Assembly (NCBI GenBank): GCA_017500905.1
Contig: JAFVXX010000114.1
Span: 1 to 35,462 of the forward strand
Direction of reading: 5' to 3'
Length of the DNA: 35,462 bases
From: Clostridia bacterium
GTDB taxonomy: Bacteria; Bacillota; Clostridia; Christensenellales; CAG-314
Shown one piece after another: positions 8,064 through 14,554 of the stretch. The number at the start of each line of letters is the position of its first letter. Position 1 is the first letter of the stretch. The translations under genes were made by a program, and so were the position numbers. The notes under the pieces were generated by a model. It was given only the letters and a program-made list of their open reading frames with translations. It did not search any database and was not told where the DNA came from.

Positions 8064-9128
8064 TTAGCTTGAATAGGCAATAGCAAACTCCATATAGGTA
8101 CTGCCACTTACCGTAAAGTAGTAGGTTGTAGATGCCGTAGCAGTAAATGTGATGGTGCCGTTTGCTTGCATTGTAGATACAAGGTTGGTCATTGCCCTGT
8201 CGGAGTAGACGCTTACAACCAAGCCTTCTGCACGTGCAGTTGGCGTAAACACAACCGTGCCGTTGGACTTTGGCGCAATCTTGAAGTACACAGTTGTATT
8301 TGCAGTATCCACCTTGCCCTCCAACACTTGACCTACGTAGGTGTGGATAGCATTGTTTGCATTTGTACCCAATACAACTGCACTTTCGCCCGTTTCGCAA
8401 TCGGCGGGACTAATTGGAGCAAAGGTTTCGGGATCAAGTCCCGGTGTTTTTGTAAGCAAAGTTCCTGCCATACTGTTGGGATACACTGCGCTTTGCGCCG
8501 AGCCCAGCACCGTCTTCATTGCAACCCAACGATATTCCGTCTTTCCCGTTTCGCCATCCACTTGTGGAAGGTACTCCAAGCGAGTACGGTAAATTGGGTA
8601 AATGCGTGTACCCGTTGGGTAGTTAAATCCGGAAGTATCCCACAAACCACCCGTTGTACCAAACTCTACGCCGGTAGTAAACAAATACTTGACGTTTGGC
8701 GTGTCGTGTGGCGAGTAAATCAAAAACTCCAATCCAATTGCTTCGGTACCAAACAAGGCCTTCATTTGGTTGCTTGTCCAAAAGTCCATGCTACCAAACA
8801 CGTAGTAGCCCCTGTCGGTACGGTTTTCTATTTGTTGGTTGATTTCCGAGGTTGGCGTGTTTAGTCCAATGCCTACAGTTTGACCACTTTCCTCCATTGT
8901 GCCGTTTAGGATGTTGTCAATCAGCAGACGGTGGTTGTTTCCGTTTTCGTCGTCGGGCAAAATTTCCGAGCCTTCCCACGGGAAGGACTCTATTTTGACA
9001 CCTTCGCCCAAAACGTGCGTGGCGTCGCCCGTTGCGTAGCTCCAGGTGGCCTGCACCCCTACTACCGAGCAAACAAAAATGACAGCAAGCAAAAGCACTG
9101 TCAATTTTTTTGACGTACTACTAAACAT
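8064..9128 (-). CDS. secreted protein C of the SipW-type operon (paralogous N-terminus, function unknown)
   Basis: Start set at the ATG at 9128, which is 8 nt after GAGGGGG; the track's GTG at 9137 lies inside the SD. The N-terminus is MFSSTSKKLTVLLLAVIFVCSVVGVQA|TWSYATGDA (V-x-A cleavage rule). The next block, FPWEGSEILP...NNHRLLIDNILN, is homologous to protein B. The C-terminal region is beta-rich. Confidence 0.75.
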   Translation of the reverse strand: MFSSTSKKLTVLLLAVIFVCSVVGVQATWSYATGDATHVLGEGVKIESFPWEGSEILPDDENGNNHRLLIDNILNGTMEESGQTVGIGLNTPTSEINQQIENRTDRGYYVFGSMDFWTSNQMKALFGTEAIGLEFLIYSPHDTPNVKYLFTTGVEFGTTGGLWDTSGFNYPTGTRIYPIYRTRLEYLPQVDGETGKTEYRWVAMKTVLGSAQSAVYPNSMAGTLLTKTPGLDPETFAPISPADCETGESAVVLGTNANNAIHTYVGQVLEGKVDTANTTVYFKIAPKSNGTVVFTPTARAEGLVVSVYSDRAMTNLVSTMQANGTITFTATASTTYYFTVSGSTYMEFAIAYSS

Positions 9129-9197
9129 TGCTGTCACCCCCTCTTTTTTACTGTAACTAAATTACTTTTTGCCTTTTACAGACACTATTATTTTGTT
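9022..9197. repeat. copy 1 of a 176-bp direct duplication
   Basis: About 90% identical by eye to 9734-9910. It covers the first ~35 codons of gene C, its SD, the intergenic spacer and a ghost copy of the last 11 codons of the peptidase gene (NKIIVSVKGKK-stop, 9162-9197). Confidence 0.9.
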
Positions 9198-9198
9198 G

Positions 9199-9840
9199 TC
9201 ATTGTGTTACTGTCGTAGTTGCGTTTGCCCACTTGGTTACGTCAACAGCCTTAAAGCTTTTGCCGTTGTAGGTAATGGTATCTACGGGTGCTTTGCCTGG
9301 ATAGGCAATGGTCGCCTTCCACTTGCCACTTTCGTAAACGATAACTGTTTTGTAGCAATCCACTATCGTGCCGTCTGCCACGCTAGAATTTTCTAACTTG
9401 TAGTAGGTATATGCAACCAATTGCGTATCCGAAACGTACTCTACGGCAAACTCTACGGCATCGGTTGATGCACTTTTTGGCAACATATTTTTTATGTTAC
9501 CACCCGTTGCGTGCTGCAATGCGTAAACTACACCTATGCCGTCCTCCAACAACAACTCTCTGATAAGTGGCTTGTGTGATGCGTTTAAGCCATAGCGTAG
9601 GTCGTTTACAATGATATCAATCATTTTTTGATGGTTTTGTCCAACTTGATCCATACCAACACCGGGCAAAACTTCTTCCACCGTGTACGAAAAAACGTTT
9701 AATCCCGTAGTAACGCCTGCCTTTTCGGTGTTAGCGTCGCCCGTTGCATATCTCCATGTGGCCTGCACCCCTACTACTGAGGAAACCAAAATGACAGCAA
9801 GCAAAAGCACTGTCAATTTTTTTGACGTGCTACTAAACAT
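9199..9840 (-). CDS. secreted protein B of the SipW-type operon (paralogous N-terminus, function unknown)
   Basis: Start set at the ATG at 9840, behind a GGGGGG/GTGA SD region. The N-terminus is MFSSTSKKLTVLLLAVILVSSVVGVQA|TWRYATGDA. The block FSYTVEEVLP...QNHQKMIDIIVND aligns with protein C. Confidence 0.75.
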   Translation of the reverse strand: MFSSTSKKLTVLLLAVILVSSVVGVQATWRYATGDANTEKAGVTTGLNVFSYTVEEVLPGVGMDQVGQNHQKMIDIIVNDLRYGLNASHKPLIRELLLEDGIGVVYALQHATGGNIKNMLPKSASTDAVEFAVEYVSDTQLVAYTYYKLENSSVADGTIVDCYKTVIVYESGKWKATIAYPGKAPVDTITYNGKSFKAVDVTKWANATTTVTQ

Positions 9841-9910
9841 TGCTGTCACCCCCCGCTTTTTTACTGTAACTAAATTACTTTTTGCCTTTTACAGACACTA
9901 TTATTTTGTT
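9734..9910. repeat. copy 2 of the 176-bp direct duplication
   Basis: Covers the 5' end of gene B, its SD and the genuine 3' end of the peptidase gene. It is offset 712-713 bp from copy 1, with one 1-nt indel in the C-run before the SD. Confidence 0.9.
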
Positions 9911-10915
9911 TTCCTTGGATTTGTCGCTCAACGTCAAATTGGAGTCCTGTCCGTTGGCAGCAAGCTGCTCCTCAGATACAAACTTGACGTGCACGTTGAG
10001 TGCATTGCCATCCAAGTTGACACGTGCAACAGGCTTGTAGGCGGTTGCCCTTTGCGTAGGGATTTTGTCCACCTTTAGACGCACTTTTTGAACAAGCTCG
10101 GCTGCAAGTTGCTTGTCTTGCTCGGTTGCATTTGGGCTTGTTGCAATTGTTGCAAGTCGCTCCATCTTGGCATTCCACAGCTTTTTGTCTACTGCAGGCG
10201 CAACAAACAACGCCACTGCAATAAGCAAAACACACAGGTATCCTGCCGGCGATTGCAAAAACATAATTAGGCTACCTACAAAAGGCACACGTTGATTTTG
10301 GTAGATGCCCTTCATTTGGCTGTAGCGCACAGGAAAACGGTCGGGGTTTTCCACTGCGTCACCCTGCAACAAAAAGTAGCGCTCGCTGTGATTTTCGTTG
10401 GGCTCCTCAATGCCAACGATACGGTGAATAACAAGTATTTCGCCCACTTCGTACACTACTACGTCGTACAGCTGTAGGTCCTCCTCTGCGGGAAGCTTGT
10501 GTACCAAAATTAGGTCAAACACTTGCAATTGATTGTCAACGCTGTCCTTGCCAAAAACGTGTTTGTTTTTTTCGTGCTTGTACGACATCGAGCCACTTTG
10601 CACCACCTGAAGCACAGGGGTAGAGCCAACCTTGTCTTTTCCGTTTACGTTGGATACCAAAGCAAAGCAAAATGCGCACAAAACTACTGCAAACAAGGCA
10701 ACGGAAACCACCCTGTCCACAATGGACAGGGTTTTGTTTCCGGATTTTTTACGGAATTTTTCGTATTCGGTTTTAATTTTTTCGTCTTCTGCGCCCGTTT
10801 TGATTAGACGTAGCGAAAGCTTGGCAATGTGGGCAATGCCCCATCCCAAAACTGCCGTAAGCAAAACAAAAACTATAAGACACAGTATAAAGACGTAAAC
10901 ATCAAATCCTTGCAT
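9875..10915 (-). CDS. signal peptidase I, SipW/archaeal-ER type (S26B-like), with extra N-terminal TM segment(s) and a ~100-aa C-terminal tail
   Basis: 346 aa. The catalytic-Ser box is VVQSGSMSY. This is followed by DLILVHK, VVVYEV..ILVIHRIVGIEE (the His box of Ser/His-type SPases) and LLQGDAVENPD (compare the GDNN..D box of SipW-type enzymes). TM segments lie near residues 5-30, 65-90 and 215-240, followed by a hydrophilic tail. Confidence 0.8.
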   Translation of the reverse strand: MQGFDVYVFILCLIVFVLLTAVLGWGIAHIAKLSLRLIKTGAEDEKIKTEYEKFRKKSGNKTLSIVDRVVSVALFAVVLCAFCFALVSNVNGKDKVGSTPVLQVVQSGSMSYKHEKNKHVFGKDSVDNQLQVFDLILVHKLPAEEDLQLYDVVVYEVGEILVIHRIVGIEEPNENHSERYFLLQGDAVENPDRFPVRYSQMKGIYQNQRVPFVGSLIMFLQSPAGYLCVLLIAVALFVAPAVDKKLWNAKMERLATIATSPNATEQDKQLAAELVQKVRLKVDKIPTQRATAYKPVARVNLDGNALNVHVKFVSEEQLAANGQDSNLTLSDKSKENKIIVSVKGKK

Positions 10916-10954
10916 AAAAAAATCTCTTCGTAAGTGTAATTGGTTGTCAAATTA

Positions 10955-11659
10955 TTAAATGTTCATCAAATCTGCAACCTTGCCCTTTTCACCAATGTTA
11001 AGCTTGAAGCTGGAAGCAGAAAGTGCTGTGTCAAAAGCCGTGTGCTTGGAGAAAGTGTCAAGCTTAAGTTGCGCACCGCCGTAGAAGGCAAAGAATGCGC
11101 CAAATTGCTCGCCTGTTACCGTCCAAGTAAAGGAGCCGTCTGCGTTTTTAGTAACTGTACCAATTTGGTTTGCTTCGGTTGCAGCTGCATTGGATACGCC
11201 GGTTGTCAAAACTGGAGAGTACAGTGTCACTTGTGCTGCAGCCGGATCACTTGCTACGGAGAAGATCTCCGTGCCTGCGTAGTTGCCCTTTGTAAGCACA
11301 ACGATCATTTCCATTGCAATACCGTTTTCAATGACGGTTTCGTCTGCACCAAGATTTGGTGTAAAGCTTACTTGAAGCTCGCCTGTGTAGTAAACTTCAG
11401 CAACGTAGTCACCTTGAGTTCCTGCAGGAACAGCGTTGCCTTCGCCATCCAAAAGGTCGTCTACCGAAATAGCCAACGTGTTGGAAACTACCTTGATGTT
11501 ACCCTTCAAGCTTGGTGTACCACTTACGTCTACAAGGCTTGGGTGTACCCACTCGGTCAAGTAAGTGTTGATGTTGCCCGTTGCATAGCTCCACGTAGCA
11601 TAAACGCCACCTACAATTAGGCACACTGCAACAAGCATCAATGCTGTAAATTTTTTCAT
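10955..11659 (-). CDS. secreted protein A of the SipW-type operon (same N-terminal motif, function unknown)
   Basis: 234 aa behind an AGGAGG SD. The N-terminus is MKKFTALMLVAVCLIVGGVYA|TWSYATGN. The mature part is rich in G/T/V/A and looks beta-rich. Confidence 0.8.
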   Translation of the reverse strand: MKKFTALMLVAVCLIVGGVYATWSYATGNINTYLTEWVHPSLVDVSGTPSLKGNIKVVSNTLAISVDDLLDGEGNAVPAGTQGDYVAEVYYTGELQVSFTPNLGADETVIENGIAMEMIVVLTKGNYAGTEIFSVASDPAAAQVTLYSPVLTTGVSNAAATEANQIGTVTKNADGSFTWTVTGEQFGAFFAFYGGAQLKLDTFSKHTAFDTALSASSFKLNIGEKGKVADLMNI

Positions 11660-11714
11660 TGTTAATCCTCCTGTTGAGATGGTTTATATTTTCCAAAACG
11701 GATAATATACTGTA

Positions 11715-11743
11715 ATTTTAGTACTAAACAATCAGTATGTCAA
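11715..11743 (-). promoter_or_regulatory. sigma-70-like promoter of the A-peptidase-B-C operon
   Basis: Minus strand: TTGACA (11743-11738), 17 nt, TAAAAT (11720-11715), about 55 nt upstream of the gene A ATG. It is embedded in AGTA(C/T)T half-sites. Confidence 0.55.
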
Positions 11744-11881
11744 TACTTTTTAACAAAGTACTATCAATAAATAGTATTAATTGAAAGTTTTTTCGATTTA
11801 ATTTGCAAAATTGCAAGCGTTGTAGGGCGACATAGTGTCACTGCGATGAAAAATCAATACTTGTGGCAACAAAAACGGACA

Positions 11882-12011
11882 GATATGGAATATTCCCCTA
11901 CGATTTGAGGTTGCTAAACCTTGTTGATGACAAAGGGTGCGTCAATGACGCCTGTCCCTACCATTAGATTGACAACAGCATGGTGTAGGGGGGCGACCAT
12001 TGGTCGTCCGT
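11882..12011. repeat. copy 1 of a ~130-bp direct repeat (REP/MITE-like structured element)
   Basis: Aligns with 12585-12712 with a handful of mismatches and a 2-nt G indel. It contains the GCGTCAaTGACGC palindrome, the inverted pair CCCCTAC...GTAGGGG and the terminal palindrome CGACCAtTGGTCG. Confidence 0.85.
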
Positions 12012-12025
12012 AAAAGCATAGTATC

Positions 12026-12226
12026 TCACACGTACAAATCCCTAAGCTCTACGCCCATCATCCTGGCAATTTTAAGCATTGGTACCACAAAGCGACACCT
12101 TTGCCTACAAAGGATTTTGTTCAAAACGTATTGAGATATATCGCACAATCTACAAAAATCCTTTTTGCTCAGCTTCTTTTCGTTAATATAAGTCAAAATT
12201 TTTTCTGTATTAATTTCACTTTTCAT
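12026..12226 (-). CDS. small HTH DNA-binding protein (Cro/CI-XRE-like)
   Basis: 66 aa behind a GGAGGAG SD. LSKKDFCRLCDISQYVLNKIL reads as helix-turn-helix, and the ...LKIARMMGVELRDLY tail is typical of HTH_3 proteins. Confidence 0.65.
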   Translation of the reverse strand: MKSEINTEKILTYINEKKLSKKDFCRLCDISQYVLNKILCRQRCRFVVPMLKIARMMGVELRDLYV

Positions 12227-12260
12227 TTTTCTCCTCCGTATATTGATAAAACAATTATTG

Positions 12261-12306
12261 TCTTAATTTTCTAAGATGTCAAGTATTTTTCTTAATTTTC
12301 TAAGAT
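12261..12306. promoter_or_regulatory. duplicated 17-bp operator-like sites in the divergent HTH intergenic region
   Basis: tcttaattttctaagat occurs identically at 12261-12277 and 12290-12306. Each copy contains CTTA-N6-TAAG dyad symmetry. Copy 1 lies in the spacer of the minus-strand promoter (TTGACA 12282-12277, 17 nt, AATAAT 12259-12254). Copy 2 overlaps -10-like hexamers of the plus-strand gene. Confidence 0.6.
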
Positions 12307-12318
12307 AATATTATTACT

Positions 12319-12525
12319 ATGACGACACTATCTAAACGAATCAAAGAATTACGGATGGAAAAAGGTCTTTCGCAACCACAGCTTGCACGAGCAATTGGTT
12401 GCAGCAAAGGTCAAATCAGTTTTTGGGAAAACGGACTAAACGAGCCAAAGGCAAGCTACGTTGTAAAACTTGCCGATGTTTTTGGCGTGTCCACCGATTA
12501 CCTTTTGGGACGCATGGATTGGTAG
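12319..12525 (+). CDS. XRE-family HTH transcriptional regulator
   Basis: 68 aa. RIKELRMEKGLSQPQLARAIGCSKGQISFWENGLNEPKASYVVKLADVFGVSTDYLLG is a textbook HTH_3 (Cro/CI) domain. There is no SD, and AT-rich -10-like hexamers lie within about 15 nt of the ATG, so the mRNA may be leaderless. Confidence 0.9.
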   Translation: MTTLSKRIKELRMEKGLSQPQLARAIGCSKGQISFWENGLNEPKASYVVKLADVFGVSTDYLLGRMDW

Positions 12526-12540
12526 CAATATTTCAACTAC

Positions 12541-12569
12541 AAGGCAAAGGCAAACCTTTGCCTTTTTTG
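12541..12569 (+). terminator. rho-independent terminator after the XRE gene
   Basis: Stem aaggcaaagg (12541-12550) / cctttgcctt (12555-12564) with loop caaa, followed by a T-run. Confidence 0.8.
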
Positions 12570-12584
12570 TTGTGGAGATGGGAG

Positions 12585-12712
12585 GATATGGAATCTGCCC
12601 CTACAATTTGAGGTTGCTAAACCTTGTTGATGACAAAGGGTGCGTCAATGACGCCTGTCCCTACCATTAGATTGACAACAGCATGGTGTAGGGGCGACCA
12701 TTGGTCGTCCGT
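12585..12712. repeat. copy 2 of the ~130-bp direct repeat
   Basis: See copy 1. Here the inverted pair is 9 bp: gcccctaca 12597-12605 with tgtaggggc 12687-12695. The palindrome GCGTCAaTGACGC is at 12642-12654 and CGACCAtTGGTCG at 12695-12707. Confidence 0.85.
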
Positions 12713-12740
12713 TTGCGCCCTCACAATGGACAATTTACGC

Positions 12741-12774
12741 AAAAAAAGGACTGAGAAAAACTCAGTCCTTTTTG
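12741..12774 (-). terminator. rho-independent terminator after hydA (hairpin flanked by A- and T-runs)
   Basis: Stem aggactgag (12747-12755) / ctcagtcct (12761-12769) with loop aaaaa. The plus-strand A-run 12741-12747 gives the minus-strand T-run. Confidence 0.8.
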
Positions 12775-12785
12775 GTTGCAAACAA

Positions 12786-14537
12786 TTAGTCGTTGGTTTC
12801 TTCTTCAAAGGTTTGTTGCTTGTTGCTGTAATGGGTGTGTAGCAGCTTGTGCGCAACCTCGCTGTTTGGCTCGCCCAAAAAATCGGCGTACAGCGTCTTG
12901 ATTTGTGGGTTTTCGCAGGATACACGGATTGCCTTGTTGCGATCAATGTTGCGAAGCCCCTCCTTGCGCATTGCAATTACGTCCTTTTGCTCGTAAAGCT
13001 TGTTGATGGGTTGGCCACCACCGTTGATACAGCCCTCGGGACAAGCCATAATCTCGATTGCATCGTAGTGTACACGGCCTGCCTTTACGTCCTCCAGCAC
13101 CTTGCGTGCGTTGGCAAGACCACTTACTACGCAAAGATGAAGCTTGACGTCATCGCCCAAGCTTACGTACGCTTCACGGGTGTTGTGAGCGCCAAATACG
13201 CCGTGGTACTCCACTGCCTTAGGCACTTGTCCCGTCATCCAAAGGGATGCCGTACGTACTACTGCTTCCATTACGCCACCACTGTTGCCAAAGATATCTG
13301 CTGCGCCTGTGGATGCGCCAAGAGGATCGTCAAATTGGCCGTCCGGCAGGTTTGCAAGGTCATCAATACCACATCTGCGCATAAGCTTTGCTACGCACTT
13401 TGCAGACATTGCAAAGTCGGTGCCGTGCATGCCGTCAAACATGCCCTCTTCACGTTTAAGCTCCTGCTTTTTGGCAATGCAAGGCATCAAGGATGCCACC
13501 ACCATGTCCTTTGGATCGATGCCTGCCTTTTGCGCAAAGTAGGTTTTGGCAATTGCGCCAAACATTTCTTGTGGAGATTTGCAGGTGGATGGAAGGTTTA
13601 GAAGCTCGGGGAATTGTGTTTCTACAAAGCTGATCCAACCGGGGCAGCAGGACGTAATTAGTGGAAGGTTTTTGCCCGATTTAAGTCTTGATACAAACTC
13701 GGTTGTTTCCTCCATGATGGTTAGGTCGGCTGCAAAGTTGGTGTCAAACACCTTTTTGAAGCCCATCATGCGTAGGGCAGTAATCATTTTGCCCGTAACG
13801 TTGGTGCCGGGAGCCATACCAAACTCCTCACCCAAGGATACTCTTACGGCAGGCGCCGTGTTTACAATTGCGTACTTGGTTGGGTCGGCAAGGATTTTTT
13901 CCAAGGTACGGGTGTCGTCTATTTGTTGCAAAGCGCCCGTTGGACACACTTGCACGCATTGTCCGCAGTTGACGCAATCGTGAGGCAAAGATATTTTTGT
14001 GCCAAAGCCACGGTTGGTTGCCGAAATTGCACCCACCGATTGCACGTGGTCACAGATGGCAATACACTTGCCACACAAAATACACTTGCTGGCATTGCGA
14101 CGCAACGAGCCCTCGTCCACGTCGACGTTTTCTTGCGACATTGGTCCCGTTATGTACAGCTTTTTGATGCCCAGCTCTACCGAAAGGTCTTGCAGCTCGC
14201 AGTTGCCACATTTGCCACACGTCAAGCAGTCGTGAGGGTGGTCGGACAACAGCAACTCCACAATGGTGCGTCTTTCACGACGGACACGCTCGCTGTGGGT
14301 ATATATTTCCATTCCGTTTGCTACGTTTGTCGAGCAAGCAGGCACAAGATTGCGTCTACCCTTTACTTCGACAACACAAACACGGCAGGATGCAGGCTTG
14401 TGCTCAAGGTCTACCTCTTCCTTCATCATGTAGCAAAGGTTTGGTATACGGATTCCGTGCTTTTTGGCAACTTGCAAAATTGTCAAAGAGGAATCTTCTT
14501 GAAACTCCATGTTGTTTATTTTGACGTTTACTAACAC
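12786..14537 (-). CDS. hydA: [FeFe]-hydrogenase catalytic subunit (HydA/HndD type)
   Basis: 583 aa, GTG start behind AGGAGG. It has an N-terminal 2Fe-2S ferredoxin-like domain and multiple CxxCxxCxxxC clusters. The H-cluster motifs are TSCCPGW, MPCIAKKQE and EIMACPEGCINGGGQP. Confidence 0.95.
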   Translation of the reverse strand: MLVNVKINNMEFQEDSSLTILQVAKKHGIRIPNLCYMMKEEVDLEHKPASCRVCVVEVKGRRNLVPACSTNVANGMEIYTHSERVRRERRTIVELLLSDHPHDCLTCGKCGNCELQDLSVELGIKKLYITGPMSQENVDVDEGSLRRNASKCILCGKCIAICDHVQSVGAISATNRGFGTKISLPHDCVNCGQCVQVCPTGALQQIDDTRTLEKILADPTKYAIVNTAPAVRVSLGEEFGMAPGTNVTGKMITALRMMGFKKVFDTNFAADLTIMEETTEFVSRLKSGKNLPLITSCCPGWISFVETQFPELLNLPSTCKSPQEMFGAIAKTYFAQKAGIDPKDMVVASLMPCIAKKQELKREEGMFDGMHGTDFAMSAKCVAKLMRRCGIDDLANLPDGQFDDPLGASTGAADIFGNSGGVMEAVVRTASLWMTGQVPKAVEYHGVFGAHNTREAYVSLGDDVKLHLCVVSGLANARKVLEDVKAGRVHYDAIEIMACPEGCINGGGQPINKLYEQKDVIAMRKEGLRNIDRNKAIRVSCENPQIKTLYADFLGEPNSEVAHKLLHTHYSNKQQTFEEETND

Positions 14538-14554
14538 TTTTAATTCCTCCTTTG

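Noticed and set aside
9162-9197. A second small gene encoding NKIIVSVKGKK upstream of cargo gene C.
   Set aside because: It is only the duplicated last 11 codons of the peptidase gene, with no start codon or upstream frame. It is a relic of the duplication.
12617-12976. ORFs 12617..12976 (-, 119 aa), 12624..12842 (+), 12399..12611 (+) and 12470..12670 (+).
   Set aside because: They cross the 130-bp repeat and two terminator hairpins, or overlap the hydA 3' end. They have no SD. They look like translations of repeat DNA.
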